A stretch of DNA of 61,606 nucleotides, filler included. It is 6 parts of 6 records of this genome, joined end to end, with 100 filler letters (N's around TTAATTAATTAA, not from the genome) between each part and the next. Parts side by side here need not be neighbours in the genome. Positions count along the whole stretch, not along the records: positions 1 to 16,949 come from DRR723986_13216; positions 17,050 to 24,710 come from DRR723986_13230; 4 more parts are not named here. One strand, 5' to 3'. The notes beneath the pieces were generated by a model. It was not told the DNA's origin, searched no databases, and saw nothing but the letters and a program-made list of their open reading frames with translations. The position numbers were made by a program, and so were the translations under genes. Each line of letters opens with the position of its first letter. Positions within the stretch are counted from its first letter, which is position 1. Below, one piece after another: positions 8,607 through 17,322 of the stretch.

Positions 8607-11204
8607 TTAAAACCGCTTAAAGACTTCTACACCGTAAAACCGGGGATCCCCCAGCGCTTGAGCATAAGTCCCCAGCGACTCACCCGTTGCCACAGCACCA
8701 ATATCGTAGCGCTCATCGGTGGCATTTTTCACGTAGGCGGCGATGTTCAGGTCGTTCTCGCGATTGCTCCAGCTCAGGCGCAGGTCGACCAGCATATAGT
8801 CGTCGGCATACACCAACCCCGGGTTGCGCTTGGCCACGTCCCAGGAGGCGTCATCCAGGCCCATATACACTTCACCCTTGTAGCTCAGATCAATACGCGG
8901 CGTGAACAACCCCACCTCTGTATTCAAGGTGTACTGAACACCCAGTGCCGCCGTTTTCCTCGGCGACACCGCAAACTCTTCATCACTGCGATCGATTGCA
9001 ACGCTGTCGCCCGCCACCGCCAGCGGTAGCAGAGCCGTATCTTCAAACTCGACAAAGCTGTAGTTGTTATTGCTGTAGCTCAGGGTAATCAAGGTATTCA
9101 TGGTCGGCAGCCACGTCAGCTCCATCTCGCCGCCCTCAATCGTCGACTCGCCGGCATTTTGCGAGGTCACGATCAGCGAATTGGCTGAGTCCACGCTCAC
9201 GGTGATCAGCTGCATATTTTCGAAGGTCATGGCATACAGCGCCACATTGAAGCGCAGCGACCGCTCCAGTGCGTCTATCTTGAAGCCGATTTCACGGTTT
9301 TCCAGCAACTCCGGTTCAACCACCGCTAAACCATCGACCCCGCTGGGCTCGTGAAAGCCCGACTTGAAGCCATTGCTCCACGTGGCATAGACCATGGCGG
9401 AATCCACCAGACTATTTTCCAGTAGCGACTCCGGCAGCACCCAGGAGGTTGATGCCATCGGCGTGAACTCCTTAAAGGTGCTGCTGGTTTCGTAGTTTTT
9501 GGCAGCGCCTAATGGCGCACCGATGATATCGGGGTAGGCCTCTCGCAGAATATCCTGGGCAATACTCAGCGGGTCCTGAGACCACGTGCCCAGAAAAGTA
9601 TGAATGCCCATCGACGGCTCGACCGGCACAAATCGCGGGTCAGCCGAGGTCAAGGCGGTAGACACCGCCGCCAGGTCGGCCTCGCGTGTAGCCAGTTCGG
9701 AGTCGCGACTCTCTTCGGTGTAGCGACCGCCGACGGTCAGCTCCCAGTCCTCGGTAATGTGCCACGTTGCTTGCGCAAAGGCCGCCGCGGTCTCGCCGAA
9801 TATTTCAAAATCCTGCACCGTCGCCAGAGGCACCAGCGCGCCCAGCACCGGAGGGTTAGTGCCACCCGGGGGGATCAATGCCGGGTTGGGGACTTGCCCG
9901 GCCAACAACTGCGCCAAGGAGGTGGAATCGGCACCGACCAATGGGCTACCGACCATAAAGCGCTCGTTCTTATATTCATCTTGCCAGAACAGCCCCGCCG
10001 TGTAGTCTACGGCGCCATCGAATAGCCGGCCGTTGAATTGCAATTCTAAGGTCAGCGATTCCTGGTCGCTGTCACCCAACACGATGCCGCGCAAAAAGGG
10101 CGCTGGGCCGCCTTCATCCGCATTGCTCTGAGGCCCGCCTTTCACCGCGTCGCGGTAGCCAAAAATACCCTTGATACTGTGATCGGCATTGAGCTCCCAG
10201 TCTGCCGTCGCGCCGAGCAGCACAACATCTTGATCTTTAACCTGATACTGCTGATCGCCCTGATTGGTCACCAAATCGGGCAGCTTATCCCGGTCATTCG
10301 CCTCGCAGTTGTCGCGATACGCCCGGGGGTTGCTCGGGTCAGTATCGCCCGGCCACAGCAGGCCGAGGCCATCCACAAACAAGGCATCATCATTGACAAT
10401 TTTGCAGTGATAGGTGGGATAGCGCTCGCGAATTTTGCCGAGAAAGGTCAGGGTATCCAGTGTCAGGCTATCACTGGCGAGCCAGCGGGTTTGAAAGATG
10501 GCCGAGAGTCGGTCAATGGACTGCGTGTCGCCGATACTGCGGTCCTCAAGAAAGCCGTCGCGGCGGTGGCTATTCACTGACAGGCGCGTAAGGAAGTCCT
10601 CACTCACCGGCACATTTACCGCTGCCCGCAGCCGGTTCTCGCCATAGCTACCCAGGCCGCCCTCCACATAACCACCGGCAACATCCTCAGGTTTGCTCAG
10701 CGTGAAAACCAGTGCGCCGCCGGTATTGTTTTTGCCAAACAAGGTGCCCTGAGGGCCGCGCAGCACCTGCACACTGTCGACGTCGATAGTATCCAGCAGC
10801 TGGCCATCCGGGCGCGGAATAAATATACCGTCCAGATAAACACTCACCGAGGGATCGAAGCGCGCCATCGGTGCCCGCTGACCAATACCGCGAATAAAGA
10901 TCTGCGCAGACGTACTGTCGTTAATCTGCAAGCTGGGCACCGATTTACTCAACTCAGTGGTGCTCAAAATGCCCTGGGCACGCAAGTCGTCACCGCTCAT
11001 CGCGGTGACCGCAACCGGTGTTTCCTGCAAATTTTCCGAGCGCTTACGGGCGGTTACCAGCACCTCTTCTATAGTACCGCCCATTTTTTCCTTGGCGGCA
11101 ACTGGCGCTTGTTGAGCAAATGCCGGGCTCGCACCCAGCAGCAACACGCAGCCGGGCAGCAAGCCCCGGCCGAGGCAGGAGAACATACGCATAGTGAGTA
11201 CCAT
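8607..11204 (-). CDS. TonB-dependent receptor
   Basis: TonB box IEEVLVTARKR, plug motif VLRGPQGTLFGKN, C-terminal PRFYGVEVFKRF. Confidence 0.93.
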   Translation of the reverse strand: MVLTMRMFSCLGRGLLPGCVLLLGASPAFAQQAPVAAKEKMGGTIEEVLVTARKRSENLQETPVAVTAMSGDDLRAQGILSTTELSKSVPSLQINDSTSAQIFIRGIGQRAPMARFDPSVSVYLDGIFIPRPDGQLLDTIDVDSVQVLRGPQGTLFGKNNTGGALVFTLSKPEDVAGGYVEGGLGSYGENRLRAAVNVPVSEDFLTRLSVNSHRRDGFLEDRSIGDTQSIDRLSAIFQTRWLASDSLTLDTLTFLGKIRERYPTYHCKIVNDDALFVDGLGLLWPGDTDPSNPRAYRDNCEANDRDKLPDLVTNQGDQQYQVKDQDVVLLGATADWELNADHSIKGIFGYRDAVKGGPQSNADEGGPAPFLRGIVLGDSDQESLTLELQFNGRLFDGAVDYTAGLFWQDEYKNERFMVGSPLVGADSTSLAQLLAGQVPNPALIPPGGTNPPVLGALVPLATVQDFEIFGETAAAFAQATWHITEDWELTVGGRYTEESRDSELATREADLAAVSTALTSADPRFVPVEPSMGIHTFLGTWSQDPLSIAQDILREAYPDIIGAPLGAAKNYETSSTFKEFTPMASTSWVLPESLLENSLVDSAMVYATWSNGFKSGFHEPSGVDGLAVVEPELLENREIGFKIDALERSLRFNVALYAMTFENMQLITVSVDSANSLIVTSQNAGESTIEGGEMELTWLPTMNTLITLSYSNNNYSFVEFEDTALLPLAVAGDSVAIDRSDEEFAVSPRKTAALGVQYTLNTEVGLFTPRIDLSYKGEVYMGLDDASWDVAKRNPGLVYADDYMLVDLRLSWSNRENDLNIAAYVKNATDERYDIGAVATGESLGTYAQALGDPRFYGVEVFKRF

Positions 11205-11221
11205 CTGTAATTATTCATTAT

Positions 11222-11241
11222 TGTTATGGCGCGCCATAACA
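11222..11241. promoter_or_regulatory. Perfect 20-bp palindrome upstream of the TBDR (operator or 5'UTR hairpin)
   Basis: TGTTATGGCGCGCCATAACA is its own reverse complement; function inferred. Confidence 0.5.
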
Positions 11242-11337
11242 CGCGGCGCACATATGTAGCCTAACTACAGCAACACTAAAACACAATATTTTCGTTATGG
11301 GTCTTTGCGAATTTAAAGGAGGAGAGAACAAGAAGCG

Positions 11338-11362
11338 CCCCACCACCCGGCCGGTGGTGGGG
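11338..11362 (-). terminator. GC-rich hairpin after the LLM gene, possible terminator
   Basis: CCCCACCACC-CGGCC-GGTGGTGGGG; followed by a pyrimidine-rich rather than pure-U tract. Confidence 0.45.
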
Positions 11363-11382
11363 GAAAGGCTGAACAGGCAGGC

Positions 11383-12405
11383 TTAGAGAACCGCCTCAGC
11401 TAAAAACTCCATGGTTTCGACCGACGTATCAAAGTGGTCGCGGTGACCGATCATCAGGCTGGTCACCGGTGATTTCTTCCAGTCCTGCAAGCGTTCTTTA
11501 ATTCGCTCCTTCGGACCCACCAGGGAAATTTCATCCACTAAGGCATCCGGCACGGCCTTGATCGCCTCTTCGTGCTTACCCTCGTACCACAGGTCCTGCA
11601 CTTTTTCGGCTTCGTCGCCAAAGCCCATGCGTCCCATCAAGTTCTTATGGAAGTTATCTTTGCGGGCGCCCATGCCGCCGAGATAGAGAGCCATGGTCAT
11701 CTTGCCCGGGAACATCGCTTCTTCGAGGTTATCGTTAATGATGCAATTCACCATGGCATTAATTTCGAAGCCCTCAGGCTTATTTGCCAGACTTTCCTCA
11801 AAGATATCCATACGGTAGGGCGAGACAAATATCGGCATCCAGCCGTCGAATCGCTCTGCCGCAAGAGCGATGTTCTTAGGCCCTTCAGCGCCGAGAAATA
11901 CCGGAATCTTATTGCGCAGCGGATGGGTAATACTCTTCAGGGGCTTGCCCAGACCCAGGCTATCCGGCCCGTTGTAGGGCAGGTTGTACTGCTTGCCGCT
12001 GAACTCCACCGGCGCCTCACGGGCAATCACCTGCTGGAAGATATCCAACCACTCACGCGTGCGCTCCAAAGGGCGCTTAAACTGCTGGCCATACCAGCCC
12101 TCAACAACCTGCGGCCCCGATACCCCCACGCCCAGGCACAGGCGACCGTTGGAAATATGGTCGAGGGTCAGTGCCGACATCGCGGCGCACACGGGGGTAC
12201 GCGCCGAAATTTGCATAACGCCGGTACACAGTCGAATCTTAGAGGTCATTGCGGCGATCGCCGCCAAGGGGGTAAAACAGTCGGAGCCGTAGGCTTCCGC
12301 TGTATACACAGAGTCAAAGCCGAGGTTTTCCGCAGCCTGTGCAAGTTCGATAAAGCGATCTGTGGGTTGCTTTTGAAAGTAGCCCAAATGTAAGCCGAGT
12401 TTCAT
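11383..12405 (-). CDS. LLM-class oxidoreductase, Rv3520c-like (probable F420-dependent family)
   Basis: MKLGLHLGY, TAEAYGSD, ARTP..AM..LTLDH, GVSGPQVVEGWYG, GAEGPKN, ALYLGGMGA..NFH. Confidence 0.85.
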   Translation of the reverse strand: MKLGLHLGYFQKQPTDRFIELAQAAENLGFDSVYTAEAYGSDCFTPLAAIAAMTSKIRLCTGVMQISARTPVCAAMSALTLDHISNGRLCLGVGVSGPQVVEGWYGQQFKRPLERTREWLDIFQQVIAREAPVEFSGKQYNLPYNGPDSLGLGKPLKSITHPLRNKIPVFLGAEGPKNIALAAERFDGWMPIFVSPYRMDIFEESLANKPEGFEINAMVNCIINDNLEEAMFPGKMTMALYLGGMGARKDNFHKNLMGRMGFGDEAEKVQDLWYEGKHEEAIKAVPDALVDEISLVGPKERIKERLQDWKKSPVTSLMIGHRDHFDTSVETMEFLAEAVL

Positions 12406-12511
12406 GGCCGCGTCCTTCTAGCTGTGCGAATAAGCGCTCAGTATAGAAAGGTGGCTTGCGCAGACCTATGGCAAAACAGCTCAATTGGCATTTTGGCAGT
12501 GGCGAAAAAGA

Positions 12512-12880
12512 TCAGCTGCCCACCGTGGGTGGCTGGGTATTGGCCACCCACTCCCACCACTGGTGCTCGCCCTCTGGCTTATCCTTATCTTGGCAGCGAT
12601 ACACATTCCACGTGACCAGGTAATCCGGGTTGTCGACAGCGTGGCCAGCGCCATCGCGGTATTGACCTGGCGGCGCAATAAACCACGGCGACATGGACGA
12701 GGGCAGGGTAAATTCCTCACCCTGAGGCGGGCGCAGAGTAATGCCGTCGCTCGGCGTTACCCGCACGACCTTGCCCGACAGCATGCGCTGCTGCAATGCG
12801 GCACCGTCTACATCAAAGTAGCTCAGCGCCACCAGGGCCGTTTTATCCAGCAGCGCCTCAAGGCGTTCCAGCTCAGCCAT
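12512..12880 (-). CDS. Hypothetical protein
   Basis: Starts 12 nt after the serA stop on the same strand; protein-like composition (APPGQYR..NPDYLVTW). Confidence 0.7.
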   Translation of the reverse strand: MAELERLEALLDKTALVALSYFDVDGAALQQRMLSGKVVRVTPSDGITLRPPQGEEFTLPSSMSPWFIAPPGQYRDGAGHAVDNPDYLVTWNVYRCQDKDKPEGEHQWWEWVANTQPPTVGS

Positions 12881-12892
12881 CAGTGCGCTGAC

Positions 12893-14119
12893 TTAGAACA
12901 GCAAGCGGCAGCGGATAGTGTCGGGAATCTGCGACAACTTCTCTTGAGCCAAGGCCCCAGAGTCCTTATCCAGATCCATGACCACGTAACCGACTTGGTC
13001 GTTGGTTTGCAGGTACTGACCCGAGATATTGATATTGTTCTCAGAGAAAATTTGGTTAATGGCACTGAGAATACCCGGCACGTTGCGGTGCACGTGCAGA
13101 ATACGGTGTTTGCCTGGGTGGGCCGGCAGCGCCACTTCAGGGAAGTTAACCGACGAGGTTGTTGTGCCATTGTCAGAGTATTTCACCAGCTTATCGGCCA
13201 CTTCCAGACCGATGTTTTGCTGAGCCTCTACCGTTGAACCACCGATATGCGGCGTGAGGAAAACGTTGTCGAATTCACGCAGCGGCGAGATAAACTCGTC
13301 GTTATTGCCGCGCGGCTCTTCGGGAAATACATCGATTGCAGCGCCTGACAAGCGGGCATCGCTCAGCGCGTTACACAAGGCATCGATATCAACAACCGTA
13401 CCGCGCGAGGCGTTGATCAGGATCGCCCCGCTCTTCATCTGGGCCAGCTCATTGGCACCGATCATATCCTGCGTGGACGCCGTTTCCGGCACATGAAGGC
13501 TGACAATATCGGAGGTCGCCAGCAATTCACCCAAACTCACTTGAACAGCATTGCCCAGTGGCAGCTTGTTCACAACATCGGTAAAGCACACCTCCATACC
13601 CAGGCCTTCCGCGATAACCGAAAGCTGCATACCGATAGAGCCGTAGCCAATAATTCCCAGGCGCTTACCGCGAATTTCATAAGAGCCGACAGCACTTTTC
13701 ATCCACTCGCCACGGTGGGCCGCGGCGTTCTTTTCAGCAATGCCGCGCAACAGCAAGATCGCTTCGGCGATCACCAGCTCAGCGACCGAGCGCGTGTTGG
13801 AGAACGGCGCATTGAAGACCGCAATACCGCGCTCAGTTGCCGCTTTTAGGTCTACTTGATTTGTGCCGATACAGAAGCAACCCACCGCGATCAATTTCTT
13901 CGCCGAATCAAACACGTCAGCCGTCAGCTGGGTACGCGAGCGGATGCCAACAAAATGAGCATCGGCGATCTTTTGCTTTAGCTCATCGTCGGGCAGGGCC
14001 TTCTGATAGTAGTCGATGTTGCTGTAGCCAGCGGCGTGGAGTGCGTCTACGGCGGACTGGTGAACACCTTCTAAGAGAAGGAATTTAATCTTGGCCTTGT
14101 CTAGGGAGGTTTTTGCCAT
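12893..14119 (-). CDS. serA: D-3-phosphoglycerate dehydrogenase
   Basis: GIRSRT, GCFCIGTNQVDL, GYGSIG, TPHIGGST, C-terminal ACT domain (HRNVPG). Confidence 0.97.
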   Translation of the reverse strand: MAKTSLDKAKIKFLLLEGVHQSAVDALHAAGYSNIDYYQKALPDDELKQKIADAHFVGIRSRTQLTADVFDSAKKLIAVGCFCIGTNQVDLKAATERGIAVFNAPFSNTRSVAELVIAEAILLLRGIAEKNAAAHRGEWMKSAVGSYEIRGKRLGIIGYGSIGMQLSVIAEGLGMEVCFTDVVNKLPLGNAVQVSLGELLATSDIVSLHVPETASTQDMIGANELAQMKSGAILINASRGTVVDIDALCNALSDARLSGAAIDVFPEEPRGNNDEFISPLREFDNVFLTPHIGGSTVEAQQNIGLEVADKLVKYSDNGTTTSSVNFPEVALPAHPGKHRILHVHRNVPGILSAINQIFSENNINISGQYLQTNDQVGYVVMDLDKDSGALAQEKLSQIPDTIRCRLLF

Positions 14120-14208
14120 CGGGGATGTGCTCTCGGAGGGGAAATATGAAAGCGCAATATGGTATCATAAAACGCTTTTCCTGTAGTCAATTTCCGAGGC
14201 AATTTGCC

Positions 14209-15621
14209 ATGTCTTCCGCCAATCCCCATTCCTCTCCAGAGCGTGTTATTGCTGAGCTTCAAGCCATTGTTGGCGAAGACAAAGTTCGCTGCGACGCCGA
14301 CACCCTTCACAGCCACGGCCGAGACTGGACCAAGGCCTGGGAGCCCGCACCACTGGCGGTCGTTTTTCCGCGCAGCACCGAGCACGTTCAAGCCATTGTT
14401 AAACTGGCCAACGCCGAACAGCTTGCAGTGGTGCCAAGTGGCGGTCGCACCGGCCTGAGCGGCGGCGCCGTGGCTGCCAACGGCGAAGTGGTTGTCTCCT
14501 TCGACTATATGAACCAGCTCAGTGACTTCAACGCCATCGACCGCACCGTGCGCTGTCAGGCCGGCGTGATTACCGAACAGCTGCAGCACTTCGCCGACGA
14601 GCAGGGCCTCTACTACCCCGTCGACTTCGCCTCTGCGGGCTCCTCGCAGATTGGCGGTAATATTTCCACGAATGCTGGCGGTATCAAGGTTCTTCGCTGG
14701 GGCATGACCCGCGACTGGGTTGCCGGGCTGACCGTTGTCACCGGCGCTGGCGACATACTGGAATTGAACAACGGCCTGCTTAAAAACAATGCCGGCTACG
14801 ACCTTCGCCAGCTGTTTATCGGTGCCGAGGGCACCCTCGGACTGATCTGCGAAGCAACGATGCAGTTAACCCGACAACCGAAAAACCTCACCGCCTTTGT
14901 ACTGGGTGTTGAGAACTTCGATGGCATCATGAACCTGTTCAACCGTTTTCAATCAGAAATGGACCTGACTGCCTTCGAGTTTTTCTCCGAGCAAGCGCTG
15001 CAAAAAGTCATTGAGCACAGCAAATTGCCGCGCCCCTTCGAGTCGACGTGCCCTTACTACGCCCTACTGGAATTCGAAAAACTCAACGACGAAACCGAAG
15101 AACAGGCAATGGCCTTATTCGAAGCCTGCGTAGAGGAAGGCTGGGTACTCGATGGCGTAATGAGCCAAAGCCTTGAGCAGCTAAAAAACCTGTGGCGTCT
15201 GCGCGAGGATATCTCCGAAACCATTTCACGATGGACGCCCTATAAAAACGATATTTCCACCGTCATTTCAAAAGTCCCCAACTTCCTCAGCGAAGTCGAG
15301 AATATCGTAAATAGCGAATACCCGGATTTTGAGATCATTTGGTTTGGGCACATTGGCGACGGAAATCTACACCTGAATATTCTCAAGCCAGACAGTCTGG
15401 ATAAAAATGAATTCTTTGAGCAATGTGGCAAGGTCAGTCTGGCGGTGTTCGATATTGTGCAACGCTTCGGTGGCAGCGTATCAGCAGAGCACGGTGTCGG
15501 CCTACTGAAAAAAGACTATCTACAATACTCGCGCAGCCCCGAGGAAATTGCGCTGATGCGTCACGTGAAGCAGGTTTTTGACCCCAACGGTGTAATGAAC
15601 CCTGGAAAAATTTTCGACTAA
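14209..15621 (+). CDS. FAD-linked oxidase, probable D-2-hydroxyglutarate dehydrogenase
   Basis: PSGGRTGLSGG, IGGNISTNAGG, GAEGTLG, GHIGDGNLH, SAEHGVG; divergent from serA as in pseudomonads. Confidence 0.85.
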   Translation: MSSANPHSSPERVIAELQAIVGEDKVRCDADTLHSHGRDWTKAWEPAPLAVVFPRSTEHVQAIVKLANAEQLAVVPSGGRTGLSGGAVAANGEVVVSFDYMNQLSDFNAIDRTVRCQAGVITEQLQHFADEQGLYYPVDFASAGSSQIGGNISTNAGGIKVLRWGMTRDWVAGLTVVTGAGDILELNNGLLKNNAGYDLRQLFIGAEGTLGLICEATMQLTRQPKNLTAFVLGVENFDGIMNLFNRFQSEMDLTAFEFFSEQALQKVIEHSKLPRPFESTCPYYALLEFEKLNDETEEQAMALFEACVEEGWVLDGVMSQSLEQLKNLWRLREDISETISRWTPYKNDISTVISKVPNFLSEVENIVNSEYPDFEIIWFGHIGDGNLHLNILKPDSLDKNEFFEQCGKVSLAVFDIVQRFGGSVSAEHGVGLLKKDYLQYSRSPEEIALMRHVKQVFDPNGVMNPGKIFD

Positions 15622-15633
15622 AAGGGCTTTGCC

Positions 15634-16302
15634 ATGTATTCGCAACACCGTTTTATCGATGGTCGCCTGCTGGAGATGCCACCGGGAAAAATCGTTTGCG
15701 TGGGCCGCAACTACGCGGCTCATGCCAAGGAACTGAATAACCCAGTACCCGAGCAGCCGCTGCTTTTCATCAAACCCGCCAGCGCCCTGGCTGCCTTGGA
15801 GGCGCCAATAGCGCTTCCACAGGGCAAGGGTGAATGCCACCACGAACTAGAGGTCGCCCTGCTGATCGGCTCGACGTTAAGCCAGGCAAAACCTGAAGAC
15901 TGCCTGGCCGCGATAGCAGGATACGGCTTGGCGCTCGATCTCACCCTTCGGGAGCTTCAGTCAGAACTAAAGGCCAAAGGCCACCCCTGGGAGAGAGCCA
16001 AAGCGTTCGACGGCGCCTGCCCGCTGTCGGCATTTGTTCCAGCGGCCAGCGTCCCCAACTGGCGAGAGTTACGTTTTGAGCTGCATCGCAACGGTGAACG
16101 GCAGCAATCGGGTCACTGCAGCGACATGCTCTTTCCCATCGATGTATTACTTGCCGACATTAGTCATAGCTTCACATTGCAGCCCGGCGATATTGTACTG
16201 ACGGGAACCCCGGCAGGCGTGGGGCCACTGCAAAATGGCGACACCCTTACCTGCCAGCTCGACAACTTGCTCAGTGTGACAACAGAAGTGCAAACGCCCT
16301 AA
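15634..16302 (+). CDS. Fumarylacetoacetate hydrolase family protein (YcgM/FAHD1-like)
   Basis: CVGRNYAAH, HHELE, LDLTLR, KAFDGA, LTGTPAGVG. Confidence 0.92.
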   Translation: MYSQHRFIDGRLLEMPPGKIVCVGRNYAAHAKELNNPVPEQPLLFIKPASALAALEAPIALPQGKGECHHELEVALLIGSTLSQAKPEDCLAAIAGYGLALDLTLRELQSELKAKGHPWERAKAFDGACPLSAFVPAASVPNWRELRFELHRNGERQQSGHCSDMLFPIDVLLADISHSFTLQPGDIVLTGTPAGVGPLQNGDTLTCQLDNLLSVTTEVQTP

Positions 16303-16304
16303 AC

Positions 16305-16332
16305 AAAAAAACCGCCCTAAGGCGGTTTTTTT
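16305..16332. terminator. Bidirectional Rho-independent terminator
   Basis: A7-CCGCC-CTAA-GGCGG-T7 between convergent genes. Confidence 0.9.
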
Positions 16333-16370
16333 GTCAAGCCAAATGGCTTAATTCTGTCTGTGCGACGGGC

Positions 16371-16748
16371 TTAAACTTCCAGCTTGCGCCAGTCAGTTTT
16401 CAGCTCAGTTGCCCAACCACGGATCTTTTTATCAACCTGTGGCGCGCGCGTCTCTGCAACTTCACCGGTTTTTGGATGCTTAAACTTACGCAGTGGGCGC
16501 GCGGCCTGCTTCTTGCGAGGCTTCTTAGCAGCCGCTTTTTTAGCGACCGGAGCGGCTTTGGCAGCAGCGGGTTTACGGCCGCGCTTCTTAGGTGCCGCAG
16601 CTTCAGTTTCATTCAAAATTTCCAGCAGGCCTTCGGCAGTTTGGCCGTGCTTTTTCATCAGTGCTTGCAGATCTGAAATAAACTTGAACTTCTGATCAAG
16701 CGCTTTGTGCTCAGCTTCGAGCTGCTTCTGAAGTTTTGCAATATCCAT
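16371..16748 (-). CDS. MvaT/H-NS-like nucleoid-associated protein with Lys/Ala-rich linker
   Basis: N-terminal coiled coil, KKRGRKP and AAAK linker, C-terminal FKHPKTGEVAET..W resembling MvaT YKNPHTGEVIET. Confidence 0.7.
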   Translation of the reverse strand: MDIAKLQKQLEAEHKALDQKFKFISDLQALMKKHGQTAEGLLEILNETEAAAPKKRGRKPAAAKAAPVAKKAAAKKPRKKQAARPLRKFKHPKTGEVAETRAPQVDKKIRGWATELKTDWRKLEV

Positions 16749-16949
16749 AAGATATCCTTAACTAATCATTGAATGAAAAAAACACGTAACTAAATAGTAG
16801 TTGCGTCATACAAAAAATCTTCGCTTAATTATCAATCAGCACTCGCAAGAAATAAACCAAATATCGAAGCTCTAACCTACAATCGCGCGATTATTGTGTT
16901 GAATTCCCATTAATAATGATTAAGGCACCTCTGATTAATTCGGTGATAA

Positions 16950-17049
16950 NNNNNNNNNNNNNNNNNNNNNNNNNNNNNNNNNNNNNNNNNNNNTTAATTA
17001 ATTAANNNNNNNNNNNNNNNNNNNNNNNNNNNNNNNNNNNNNNNNNNNN
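16950..17049. other. Artificial contig spacer
   Basis: N run with central TTAATTAATTAA; same spacers at 24711-24810, 36454-36553, 47695-47794 and 55226-55325. Confidence 0.98.
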
Positions 17050-17250
17050 CATATGTTCGTCAAAGAACGCCCAGACCCCATCATACAGCCGCATGCCTTC
17101 CCACATGCCGTCCCCCAGCATGAAGCCGGAATCGTAGACCGAGACCTTCGCCTCATCCCGATGGACGATCTCGCCATTGACGTAAATCCTGATGTCCCGA
17201 TTGCGAATGTCTTCATCCGCGTCATGGGTCGTGGCATGGGTGTCGGTCAT
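17050..17250 (-). CDS. Aminotransferase class IV (branched-chain/D-amino acid), 5' fragment
   Basis: YVNGEIV..AKVSVYDSGFMLGDGMWEGMRLY; cut by contig end. Confidence 0.88.
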
Positions 17251-17322
17251 CAGCTCATGTCCTTCATCATCTGTCCGGTAGCGTTTCGAAGCCGGCATCC
17301 CGACAACGGTCGCAAGCCCGTT

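Noticed and set aside
16950-17049. Recurrent TTAATTAATTAA motif within N runs (five copies)
   Set aside because: Artificial six-frame-stop linker joining contigs; not biological. ORFs containing X runs are artifacts at their spacer ends
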